Of a DNA stretch of 64,000 bases, positions 48,388 to 57,414 are shown piece by piece; the stretch's first letter is position 1; every line of letters starts with the position of its first letter. A program made the position numbers and the translations under genes. Origin of the DNA: a bacterium (GTDB lineage Bacteria > SAR324 > XYD2-FULL-50-16); NCBI GenBank assembly GCA_032250835.1, contig JAVVEA010000012.1:32001-96000 (forward strand), written 5' to 3'. The notes beneath the pieces were generated by a model. That model worked only from the letters and a program-made list of their open reading frames with translations, made no database searches and was not told the origin of the DNA.

Positions 48388-48414
48388 TTATCGGCGGCTC
48401 CTTTTAGAACTTGA
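48388..48414 (-). promoter_or_regulatory. Sigma28 promoter (proximal) upstream of fliD
   Basis: Minus strand TCAA-N15-GCCGATAA, perfect -10 element. Confidence 0.8.
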
Positions 48415-48543
48415 GCCTTTTTTCTTAATTTTCACTCGAACCCGCTGGGGCCTGCGTCCTAAGATGATCCCTAAGATCCATAACATCTCATCCTCCGTTG
48501 GGAGTTCTTTTTCGATTTGGCGCCAAGGATTGCGCTTGCTTCC

Positions 48544-48570
48544 CTATCGGTTGCTCTGAGCTTTAACTTA
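48544..48570 (-). promoter_or_regulatory. Sigma28 promoter (distal) upstream of fliD
   Basis: Minus strand TAAG-N15-ACCGATAG with AT-rich upstream sequence. Confidence 0.6.
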
Positions 48571-48697
48571 ACTATATTTTTTATTTTTTAGTTACAGTTA
48601 GTTGGATTTGATTATTGAGCTTGGGCTTGCCAGAATGAAGCGGTTTTGATTTATATATGACTAACTTGATCAGTTTACTCATCTATAAAAGGGCGGT

Positions 48698-49948
48698 ATG
48701 GAACTTTGGTTGACTCTGCTGGCGGTGGCTCTGGTGATCGGTCTGTTTTTGGTGACCTCCTGGCGGCCAGACCTGATTTTGGGTTGCGCCATTGGCCTGT
48801 TGGTGCTGACCGGCACCTTGACGCCCGCTGAGGCCCTGAAGGGGTTTTCTAATCAGGCCGTGCTGACCATTGCCCTTTTGTATCTGGTGGTCGGTGGGTT
48901 GCAGCATAGCGGTGGCATGCTCTGGCTCTCGCGCCACCTGTTAGGCAGTCCGGCGAGTGAATGGCGGGGCCGGTTGCGGATGATCACCCCGGTGATCGGC
49001 CTGAGCGCCTTCATGAACAACACCCCGGTGGTGGCCTTGATGATCCCGGCGGTACAAAACTGGTGTAAGCGGTTGCAGTGGGACCCAGCTAGGTTTTTAT
49101 TGCCCCTCAGTTATGCCTCTATCTTAGGGGGAATCTGCAGCCTGATCGGAACCAGCACCAACCTGGTGGTTGCTGGGCTGGCGTTAGAGGAAGGTTTGAC
49201 CGAAATCGGCCTGTTTGACGTCACCCCGGTGGGCCTGCCCTGCGCGGCGGTCGGACTGGTCTTCTTGATTTTTTTGGGGCCCCGGTTGCTGCCGAAGCGG
49301 AACCTAACGCCGGAGCTACGCCCCATTTCTTGGCCCCAGGACCCCAAAGAACCGAATTTAAATTACCGGGGTGCCCTCGCCCTAGGTTTGTTGGCGGCGA
49401 TGGTATTGCTGGCCGCTACAGGGCTTTTGGGGATGTTTTATGCCGCTTTGGGCACCGCGTTGGCGATGCTGGTCCTGCGGTTTTTGAACTTCAAGGCAGC
49501 GGCCCGGTCGGTAGATTGGTCTGTTTTAATCGCTATCGCCCTCTCCTTTGGCCTAAGCGAAGCGATCAAAAAACATGGCTTAGACCGGATGGTGGCCCAA
49601 GGGCTGATGGACAGTGTGGGGCAGGACCCCTTCTGGGTGTTGGTGGTCTTTTTCTTGGCCACCTCCTTGTTGACTGAGTTGGTCACCAACAATGCCACCG
49701 CCGTGCTGATGTTCCCCATCGCCCTTTCGGCAGCGGCGCAATTGGGCGTTAGCCCCCTGCCCTTTATCTTTGCCGTGATGATCGCCGCCTCATCCAGCTT
49801 TTCTTCCCCCATGGGCTACCAAACCAACCTAATGGTCTACGGCCCCGGCGGCTACCGATTCTCCGACTATTTGCGGCTGGGGGTTCCGATGAATTTACTG
49901 ATCGGGGCCACGGCGTTGTGCCTCTTGCCCTGGCTCTATCCCTTCTAA
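48698..49948 (+). CDS. SLC13/CitMHS family permease lacking TrkA-C domains
   Basis: SAFMNNTPVV, LIGTSTNL, TELVTNNA, SPMGYQTNLMVYGPGGYRFSD. Confidence 0.88.
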   Translation: MELWLTLLAVALVIGLFLVTSWRPDLILGCAIGLLVLTGTLTPAEALKGFSNQAVLTIALLYLVVGGLQHSGGMLWLSRHLLGSPASEWRGRLRMITPVIGLSAFMNNTPVVALMIPAVQNWCKRLQWDPARFLLPLSYASILGGICSLIGTSTNLVVAGLALEEGLTEIGLFDVTPVGLPCAAVGLVFLIFLGPRLLPKRNLTPELRPISWPQDPKEPNLNYRGALALGLLAAMVLLAATGLLGMFYAALGTALAMLVLRFLNFKAAARSVDWSVLIAIALSFGLSEAIKKHGLDRMVAQGLMDSVGQDPFWVLVVFFLATSLLTELVTNNATAVLMFPIALSAAAQLGVSPLPFIFAVMIAASSSFSSPMGYQTNLMVYGPGGYRFSDYLRLGVPMNLLIGATALCLLPWLYPF

Positions 49949-50202
49949 GACGGCCTCAAGCTATGCTGGGGGCCTTCTCCTGGCGGCTTCGATCCCCTTG
50001 GGGGCCGTTGGGGTAAGCCCAGCCATAGATTGGGTCTTTTCTGTAAACACCACCGCGTCCAGTTGGCTTCACCCCAGGGCTAATAAGCCACCTAAAGACT
50101 TTATGAGTCCTAAGGACCGGTTCGCTAACTCTATTTAATGGGGGTTGCGAGGGCGGCGTTGCCGCGCTGGCTTAAGAAGGGAGCAGGGGGCTGCCTGTTA
50201 GG

Positions 50203-50586
50203 CTATTCAGCAGGTTCTTCGGGGTCCGTCGCGACATCGGGCTTGGGCCCTTGGGCGGCCTTGAGCATTTCTTCAATCCGGTCTTCGTGGTCAAAGCCCC
50301 GGTGGTAGACGAAGTGTAGGCGGGGGGTGTTGCGGGTTTTGATCGTCTGTCCCAGTTTGGACTGGAAGAACCCGGCCGATTTGTTCAGCGCCCGCTCGAT
50401 TTCTTCGGGGCTTCCTTTGGCGAAAAAAGCCGAAAAGAAGACCGTCGCTTGAGAGCCGTCGGGGCTGAGCTTGAGGTCTGCCAAGGTCACCCCTTCAAAG
50501 CGGGGGTCTTGGGATTCTTTAGCGAGAATCAAGGCGAGTTTTTCTCGGATCAATTCTCGCTTGCGGTCTTTGGAAATCTTGGCCAT
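50203..50586 (-). CDS. rbfA: Ribosome-binding factor A
   Basis: DPRF, LSPDG, AGFFQ...RNTPRLHF; follows infB. Confidence 0.9.
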   Translation of the reverse strand: MAKISKDRKRELIREKLALILAKESQDPRFEGVTLADLKLSPDGSQATVFFSAFFAKGSPEEIERALNKSAGFFQSKLGQTIKTRNTPRLHFVYHRGFDHEDRIEEMLKAAQGPKPDVATDPEEPAE

Positions 50587-53255
50587 TAGAGGGTGGCGCT
50601 GGTTTCAAGCCGCTGGTAAGATTCCAAAATATCTCCAACCCGCAGGTCCTTGAAGTTCTGGATGCCAATACCGCACTCAAAGCCCTGAGCCACTTCCTTG
50701 GCGTTTTCCTTAAACCGCTTGAGGCTCGACAGCTTCCCATCGTGGATCAAGACGTGGTCGCGGAAGACCCGAACAGGACTGTCGCGGACGAACTTGCCTT
50801 CGGTCACCTTGGTACCGGCGATTAAGCCGACTTTGGGGATGTTGAAGACTTCTAAGACCTCGGCTTTGCCTTGGATCTCCTCGCGGATGATCGGCTTGAG
50901 CATGCCTTCAAGTGCCTTGGTTACGTCTTCGATGGCATCGTAGATAACCGAGTAAAGCCGGATTTCCACGCCCTCTTCGCTGGCCGCCTGTTTGGCCCCT
51001 TGGTCTGGGCGGATGTTGAAGCCAATCACGATGGCCTTACTGGCCACCGCTAACATCACGTCGCTGCGGGCAATGGCCCCCACCGCCGAGTGGATCACCC
51101 GAACGGCCACTTCTTCGTTGCCCAACTTAGCCAAAGAATCCGAAAGCGCTTCCATCGAGCCGACGACGTCGGTTTTGATGATCAAGTTCAGTTCTTTGGT
51201 CTCCGAAGCGGCATCTTCGAACAGGTTCTCTAAGCGGACCTGATTCTGTTTGGCCTGCTGGGATTCTTTTTCCTTCTGGGCCCGAGATTCGGCAATAGAG
51301 CGGACCTGTTTTTCGTCGCTGCCGACAATGAACTGGTCACCGGCCTTGGGCAAGCCGTTGAGGCCGACGATCTCCACGGGGATCGCGGGACCGGCCACCG
51401 TAATGGGCTGGCCCAAATCATTCCACATGGCCCGGACGCGGCCATACTCGGAACCGACTACATAGTTGTCGCCGATCTTGAGGGTACCGTTCTGGATCAA
51501 TACCGTGGCGATGTTGCCCCGTCCTTTTTCCAGTTTCGACTCAATCACCACCCCGGCCGCTTCGCGGTTAGGGTTGGCTTGAAGCTCCATGACTTCAGCT
51601 TGCAGCTCAATGGCCTCAAGAAGCTCTGGAATCCCTTCGCCGCTGTGCGCACTGACTTTGATCATGACAATGTCACCACCAAAGGACTCAGAGACCAGCT
51701 CATGGGACATCAGCTCTTGGATCACCTTGTCTGGATTAGCACCCGGTTTGTCGCATTTGTTGATGGCCACGATGATGGGCACTTCGGCCGCTTTGGCGTG
51801 GTGGATTGCTTCAACCGTCTGGGGCCTCGGGCCATCGTCAGCGGCCACTACCAAGATCACGATGTCGGTGGCGTTAGCACCACGGGCACGCATGGCCGTA
51901 AAGGCTTCGTGGCCCGGCGTATCCAAGAAGGTGATCTCACCGCCCTGGAAGTTTACGTGGTAAGCGCCAATATGCTGGGTAATACCGCCCGCTTCGCCTT
52001 GCGTTACGTTGGTCTTGCGGATCTTATCGAGCAAAGAGGTCTTGCCATGGTCGACGTGTCCCATGATGGTCACTACCGGAGACCGAAGCACCATGTCTTC
52101 AGGAGCGTCTTGGGCCGTCTCCAGACTATCTTCAATGGTGGTGGCGTCAAACTTGATGCTCACACCATGCTCTTCGGCCACCAACTGGGCAGTTTCGCCG
52201 TCGATAGCCTGGGTGATGGTGGCCATGATGCCTAGATTGATCAAGGTCTTGATGATGTCCGGAGCGCGGACGCCAATCATGCCGGCCAAATCGCCGATGG
52301 TGATGCTCTCACCGACCACAAGATCCTTTTTGCGGGGCTGGAAAGTGTGTTTGACCTTAGGCTCGCGGCGGGCTTTCGGGGTCATGAACTTGGTTACCCG
52401 CTTCTTGTTGCCGCCAATAGGGCGGTCGTCGCGGTCCAAGTCAACCTTGGCCAAGTTCTTGTGGGCTCCGCCCTTGGCGTCAAAGCGGTCGCGTTTGAGC
52501 GCGGCTTTCTTGGGCTTAAGGGCCTGTTCTTCGTCAAAGATGCGGCGGGCTTCCTTGCGGCGGGCCGTTTCGGCTTCGTCTTCTATGGTCGGCTCAATGG
52601 CGTTGACTTCACCTTTGACTACCGTGGTGTTCTTGCCTTTGGCTTCGACCACTTGGATTTGCACCTTGCCGTCTGCGCCGGTGACCGAGGTAACCTTGCG
52701 GATACCTCCGGCCTTGCGGGGCTTGTGCAGGCCGCGGTGGTCGAGTTCGTCAACGACCTGGACCGGTGCCGCACTTTTGTCTCGGGGCGGTTCGGCCTTT
52801 TGAGCGGGCTCAGCTTCGGCTTCACGGGCCTCTTCTTCGGACGCCTCGGCCTGGATTTCGGTTGCTTCGTTGGTTTCTTCGACCGCTTCGGTCTCGGCTA
52901 CCTCTTCGGCGTCCTCGGATTCGGCGGAACCTTCGGGCGAAGCCTTAGTTTCCTCTTCTTCCTCTTCCCCTTCTTTGGCGTTTTTGCGGCGAACCCGCTT
53001 GACGCCATCTTCGTCTTTTTTGATTGAAATGATCCGGCGCATCCGACGCGGGCCATCGCTCAGCTCCAGCTTGGAACCTTCCTCTGCACTGCCGCCGCCG
53101 GGGCTTTTGTGGGAACTACGGATCTTGGCAACTTCTTCATCGGTGAAGGTGGAGAAACTGCTTTTTGCCGAGATTCCCATCTTACTGGCCAAGGCGATCA
53201 AGTCCTTGCTCTGGATATCCAGCTCTTTTGCTAATTCGTAAACTCTGAGGGCCAT
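50586..53255 (-). CDS. infB: Translation initiation factor IF-2
   Basis: [50 protein letters not shown]. Confidence 0.98.
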   Translation of the reverse strand: MALRVYELAKELDIQSKDLIALASKMGISAKSSFSTFTDEEVAKIRSSHKSPGGGSAEEGSKLELSDGPRRMRRIISIKKDEDGVKRVRRKNAKEGEEEEEETKASPEGSAESEDAEEVAETEAVEETNEATEIQAEASEEEAREAEAEPAQKAEPPRDKSAAPVQVVDELDHRGLHKPRKAGGIRKVTSVTGADGKVQIQVVEAKGKNTTVVKGEVNAIEPTIEDEAETARRKEARRIFDEEQALKPKKAALKRDRFDAKGGAHKNLAKVDLDRDDRPIGGNKKRVTKFMTPKARREPKVKHTFQPRKKDLVVGESITIGDLAGMIGVRAPDIIKTLINLGIMATITQAIDGETAQLVAEEHGVSIKFDATTIEDSLETAQDAPEDMVLRSPVVTIMGHVDHGKTSLLDKIRKTNVTQGEAGGITQHIGAYHVNFQGGEITFLDTPGHEAFTAMRARGANATDIVILVVAADDGPRPQTVEAIHHAKAAEVPIIVAINKCDKPGANPDKVIQELMSHELVSESFGGDIVMIKVSAHSGEGIPELLEAIELQAEVMELQANPNREAAGVVIESKLEKGRGNIATVLIQNGTLKIGDNYVVGSEYGRVRAMWNDLGQPITVAGPAIPVEIVGLNGLPKAGDQFIVGSDEKQVRSIAESRAQKEKESQQAKQNQVRLENLFEDAASETKELNLIIKTDVVGSMEALSDSLAKLGNEEVAVRVIHSAVGAIARSDVMLAVASKAIVIGFNIRPDQGAKQAASEEGVEIRLYSVIYDAIEDVTKALEGMLKPIIREEIQGKAEVLEVFNIPKVGLIAGTKVTEGKFVRDSPVRVFRDHVLIHDGKLSSLKRFKENAKEVAQGFECGIGIQNFKDLRVGDILESYQRLETSATL

Positions 53256-53306
53256 AAATCGGTTTTCCTGGTTGTCGGGAGGCCGGGGCAGCGGATCGCT
53301 GCCGGA

Positions 53307-54608
53307 TCAGCCCTTGTCTGCTTCGTCTTCTGCGCTTCCTTCTTCTTTCTTCTGCGGTTCGGGCTCGCTGGCCTCGGGAGTTTCTTCGGCAGGGGCTTGG
53401 GGGGCCTCGGCTTCGGGAACTTCGGGGGGCGTTTCCATCTCCGGTTCGTTCACTTCGACCTGATTCATACTAAAGGTCTGTTCCACTGCCGGTTCGCCGA
53501 CCTGGATCGGTTCGGGCTCGCCTTCTGCAGCAGCAGCGGCGCGGGCTTCATGTTCCTCGAAGGGATCATAAGTTTCCCAAGCACCAATGTTAATCGAAAC
53601 GTTGGTCAGCTTGCTGGCCAGACGCACGTTTTGGCCTTGCTTGCCGATGGCCAGCGAGAGTTGGTCGGGCATAACCTTAATGTCGGCGACCCTTTCCTCT
53701 TCGTCCAGCGTCATTTCGATGATTTCTGCCGGAGCCAATGCATTGGCAATGTATTGGGTCAATTCTTCGGCGTATTCGATCACGTCGATCCGCTCACCGC
53801 TTAACTCGCTAACCACTGCTTGGATGCGTGAACCGCGTACGCCCACACAGGCACCTACGGGGTCTACGTCTACATCATTGCTGCGGACCGCAACTTTAGC
53901 GCGGCGGCCGGGCTCACGGGCCGCCCCCATGACATCGATGATCCCGTCAAAGACCTCGGGGACCTCTACTTCCATCAGCTTCATCAAGAAGTTAGGATGG
54001 GTACGAGTCAAGACCAACTGGGGCCCGCGACCTTCCGTGCGGATTTCCAGCAGCAAGGCGCGGATGTTGTCGCCGGGCTGAAGCTTCTCGACCGGAATTT
54101 GTTCGCGGCGCTCTAAGGCGGCCTCAACGGTATGGCCGATCATCACGATCACGCGGTTGCGCTCAACGCGGGCAACCTGTCCATGGATGATTTCGCCGAC
54201 CTTTTCGCGGTATTTCTCCAAGATCGATTCGCGCTCGGCCTCGTTGATCTTCTGGAAAATCAGCTGGCGGGCGGTTTGGGCGATCACATTTTGGAACTCG
54301 GCCACATCAATCCCAAATTCCACCTCGTCGCCTGCTTCGGCTTCGGGGTCCAGTTGCCGGACTTCGGCCAGGGCGATTTGGTTGTGCGGGTCCTCCACCT
54401 TTTCGGCGACGGTCTTAAAGTACATCAGCTCGACTTCGCCGGTCTTTTTGTCTAAGACCGCCTCAATGTTTCGGTAGTGCTTGTACTTCTTGTACGCCGC
54501 ACCGACGATAGCGTCTTCGATGGCTTCGATGATGATATCCTGATCCAAGCCGCGCTCGTGGCTCAGTTCAACGATGGCTTCAATCAATCCAGCGTTGTTG
54601 GATTTCAT
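53307..54608 (-). CDS. nusA: Transcription termination factor NusA
   Basis: AQTARQ, EVPEV, AREPGRRAKVAV, DPVGACVG, SLAIGKQGQNVRLA. Confidence 0.97.
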   Translation of the reverse strand: MKSNNAGLIEAIVELSHERGLDQDIIIEAIEDAIVGAAYKKYKHYRNIEAVLDKKTGEVELMYFKTVAEKVEDPHNQIALAEVRQLDPEAEAGDEVEFGIDVAEFQNVIAQTARQLIFQKINEAERESILEKYREKVGEIIHGQVARVERNRVIVMIGHTVEAALERREQIPVEKLQPGDNIRALLLEIRTEGRGPQLVLTRTHPNFLMKLMEVEVPEVFDGIIDVMGAAREPGRRAKVAVRSNDVDVDPVGACVGVRGSRIQAVVSELSGERIDVIEYAEELTQYIANALAPAEIIEMTLDEEERVADIKVMPDQLSLAIGKQGQNVRLASKLTNVSINIGAWETYDPFEEHEARAAAAAEGEPEPIQVGEPAVEQTFSMNQVEVNEPEMETPPEVPEAEAPQAPAEETPEASEPEPQKKEEGSAEDEADKG

Positions 54609-54632
54609 GGGGCTCCTTCAGAGAGTTCCGTT

Positions 54633-55106
54633 TTAAAACAGCTTGGGCTCAAGGGACAACTTTTTGATGTTCTCTCTTTCCAGGTTCAGAGTCCTCTGAT
54701 CCGATTCAAGAGTGATGCTGACTTGCCGGTCGTCGAAGCCTTCCAGGCGGCCAATCAATTGGTTGTTCCCCTCAATGGGCGTTATGAGTTTCACCTTCAC
54801 TCGTTCCTGCTGGTGGCGTAGCAGGTCCTTATCTTTCTTAAGAACCCGAAACAAGCCCGGTGACCCCACTTCGAGTTGGTACTCAAAGGGGAAGGGATCC
54901 TCGACGTCTAACAGAGGCGAGATCATGCGTGAGATCTCGGCACAGTCGTCGATCAGAATCCCGCCGGGTTTATCCACCAGCAACGAGAAAATTTGGGTCT
55001 TGCCCTGGCTGCCCAGTTCCATGTCCACCAGGTCAAATCCTTTGGCCTCCAATAACGGGAGGATCAAGGTTTCTAGCTGTTCGTATTGTAGTTCGGTCAA
55101 GGACAT
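54633..55106 (-). CDS. rimP: Ribosome maturation factor RimP
   Basis: DKPGG...DDCAEISR...LDVED, YQLEVGSPG; upstream of nusA. Confidence 0.93.
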   Translation of the reverse strand: MSLTELQYEQLETLILPLLEAKGFDLVDMELGSQGKTQIFSLLVDKPGGILIDDCAEISRMISPLLDVEDPFPFEYQLEVGSPGLFRVLKKDKDLLRHQQERVKVKLITPIEGNNQLIGRLEGFDDRQVSITLESDQRTLNLERENIKKLSLEPKLF

Positions 55107-55268
55107 GCTTCAGATACCGTTGGGCCGGGCCTATAAGCTCGACTGAATTTCCAAAAGTAGCATGCACCTAACTCTTAGGCAACCGCCTTTTTCCTAGCCC
55201 GAATTACTTAAGAAAAAGGGGTTGTAAAGAAGGGCGGCGGGCCAGTTGGAGCGGTTATGTTTGGCGGG

Positions 55269-55931
55269 TTAAAAAGCCCAGCCTAAGGTAAAGATGGCCG
55301 CGCCGCCCAGGCCGGAGATTTGGTTCATCGTCTGGCCCATCAGGTCAAACTCTTCTTGGGCGGTGGCGGTGTCGATGCCGGTGTTGCTGGTGATCGTATA
55401 GCTGTGCTTTCCCGAAAGAACCGATTCAGCGACGAACCAATCGGCACCAATGTAAAAGCCCGCGTCGAATAACCAAATATTACCGATCCCAAAAGAGGCC
55501 ACCTGAGCTTCGGCCTTGATGTTAGCCTTGGCGGTGTAGGTTGCGGTGCTGTAAGTACTGGTCCAAACTTCGGTATAGGTGCCCGTTGCGTCCCAGGTCC
55601 TTTGGTGATAGCCCGCCTTGAGGTAAAAGCTATTGCCGACAAACCAACGAGCCCAGGCACCTTGGTTAGAATAGGTCAGACTAACGTCCGAGCCCTCTAC
55701 GGTATCCGTATAGGTTTGCTCGCCAGAGTCTACCCCGAAGACAAAATTGTCGGTCAAGGAAATACCCATATGCAACGGAGGGGCGGCAACGGTGGGCACA
55801 TGGACCCCAACGGGTTGGTACCCAATCCACAAAAGGGTGTCTTTACGGTTAGAGGCCGAGTCGGCTGCCCAAGCAGAGGTGGAAGCAACCATTAAAATAA
55901 AAAAAGCCAAGGTCCATTTGCGCATGGTCAA
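55269..55931 (-). CDS. Putative outer membrane beta-barrel protein (paralog 3)
   Basis: Signal peptide; alternating aromatic beta-strands; C-terminal LGWAF. Confidence 0.65.
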   Translation of the reverse strand: MTMRKWTLAFFILMVASTSAWAADSASNRKDTLLWIGYQPVGVHVPTVAAPPLHMGISLTDNFVFGVDSGEQTYTDTVEGSDVSLTYSNQGAWARWFVGNSFYLKAGYHQRTWDATGTYTEVWTSTYSTATYTAKANIKAEAQVASFGIGNIWLFDAGFYIGADWFVAESVLSGKHSYTITSNTGIDTATAQEEFDLMGQTMNQISGLGGAAIFTLGWAF

Positions 55932-56052
55932 TCTCTCGATTACGTTGATCTTGAGGCCCTATGATAAGGCCTTTTTTTTTGCAATACAAGGGTGTTTGGG
56001 GTTTAATTCCTAGGTAAAATGTCTGGGTTTCGCCTAGCCTTGCTTGGGCGCT

Positions 56053-56715
56053 TTAAAAATAAAAACCCAAAGTCAATACCGCTAGGCCGGGGCCGGTCAT
56101 CACGTCATGGTGCAGTTTTGCGCGCTCCTCTATGGCTCTTTGGGCCTCTGCGTCCGAGCCGTATCCGAAGTAACTGACGACATCTCCGCTATAGCTTGAG
56201 GAAAGGGGCTTGGTGAAGACCGCCCAGTCAACGCCCAAGTAAAAGTGGCTATCAAAGTGCCAGAGGTTGCCAAAGCCAAAAGAGGCCAGTTTGGCCTCGC
56301 CTCGGGTGACGCCGTCTACGTCTTCCCAGAGACTATTGATGTTTCCAAAGAGCCACAAACCCTGGTTTGAGGTCCGAAATTGCCACTTGCGTTGATGATA
56401 GCCCAGCTTGAAATAGAAGCTGTTGCCGGTAAAAAGGCGCAACCAATAGCCCTGGGTCTCGTAGTAGAAAGAGCTGTCGGCTGCTTCATCGAGCGCCCCA
56501 GGCTGGTTTTTTTCCACACCAAATATTAAGTTTTCACCCAACCCAATCCCCAGATGACCGGTCGGACCGATCAAGTCCGGGATATCCATCCCGATAGGCT
56601 GTATGCCAAGGTATAAAGTGGCGTCTTTGCGGTTGCTGGCTGAATCGGCAGCAAAGCTGCTGGTAGAAAAAGAGCTCAGGCACAATAACAGGGCCCCTAG
56701 CTTAAAATAGTTCAT
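56053..56715 (-). CDS. Putative outer membrane beta-barrel protein (paralog 2)
   Basis: Signal peptide; shares AADSASNRKD, GNSFY and GYHQR with its neighbour; C-terminal LGFYF. Confidence 0.65.
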   Translation of the reverse strand: MNYFKLGALLLCLSSFSTSSFAADSASNRKDATLYLGIQPIGMDIPDLIGPTGHLGIGLGENLIFGVEKNQPGALDEAADSSFYYETQGYWLRLFTGNSFYFKLGYHQRKWQFRTSNQGLWLFGNINSLWEDVDGVTRGEAKLASFGFGNLWHFDSHFYLGVDWAVFTKPLSSSYSGDVVSYFGYGSDAEAQRAIEERAKLHHDVMTGPGLAVLTLGFYF

Positions 56716-56817
56716 AACCTTACCTTCCCGATTGTTGCCGCCTACCTAACTTGACGCCCAATCCCTGGATCGGTCACTTGGGGGCAAATCTTTAATCAAA
56801 TATCGTAAGGTAATGAA

Positions 56818-57414
56818 TTAAAAGGAGTATCCGAAGGATAGCTCGGCCAGGCCGGGATAGCCCCAAAGATTGCGCAGTTCGTCAGCCTGGGAAGCTACTT
56901 GGTTATTGATGGCGGCGTTTTGGGAGGCCGCCTGGTAGCTTTGGGTGAAGTTGAGGCGGTGGTTGTAAACCGCCCAGTCCAGCGAGATCACCCAACGGGC
57001 CCCGAAGTGCCACTGATTGCCCGCACCGAGGCTGACCCGCCACGCCTCGGCTTGGGCTTGGTAGGCCGCGGAGCCCAGGCTCTCGTTCCATTGGCCTTGC
57101 ATACGGCTCAGCCCGGCCTTAAGGTTGGTGGTCTCGCCCCAAAACCAGCGCCCCCAAACCCCGGCCTCGTCGAGGTCATAGCGGACGCCGGAACGCCGGT
57201 AGTCCGGTTCTTGGGCGTATTTGATCCCCGCCAACCAGTCAGGCCCCCAAAAGGCCCCTAAATAGAGCGGGCGGCTGTCGCGCTCCATACTGACCCAGGC
57301 ATCAACGCCCAGGGCGGCAAAATATTGGCGCTCGGACCGGTTCTGGGCCCATCCGCCGGCCGAAGCGCTCAGGCTCCAACCAACGAAGATCAGGACCAAA
57401 GCCAGCGGCCTCAT
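56818..57414 (-). CDS. Putative outer membrane beta-barrel protein (paralog 1)
   Basis: Signal peptide; GVWGRWFWG, GAGNQWHF, LDW; C-terminal FGYSF; ATGA overlap with tex. Confidence 0.6.
   Translation of the reverse strand: MRPLALVLIFVGWSLSASAGGWAQNRSERQYFAALGVDAWVSMERDSRPLYLGAFWGPDWLAGIKYAQEPDYRRSGVRYDLDEAGVWGRWFWGETTNLKAGLSRMQGQWNESLGSAAYQAQAEAWRVSLGAGNQWHFGARWVISLDWAVYNHRLNFTQSYQAASQNAAINNQVASQADELRNLWGYPGLAELSFGYSF

Noticed and set aside
50698-55171. Long + strand ORFs opposite infB, nusA and rimP, and similar ones opposite fliD, tex and the rsb genes
   Set aside because: Antisense shadow frames of well-supported genes, with no recognisable motifs
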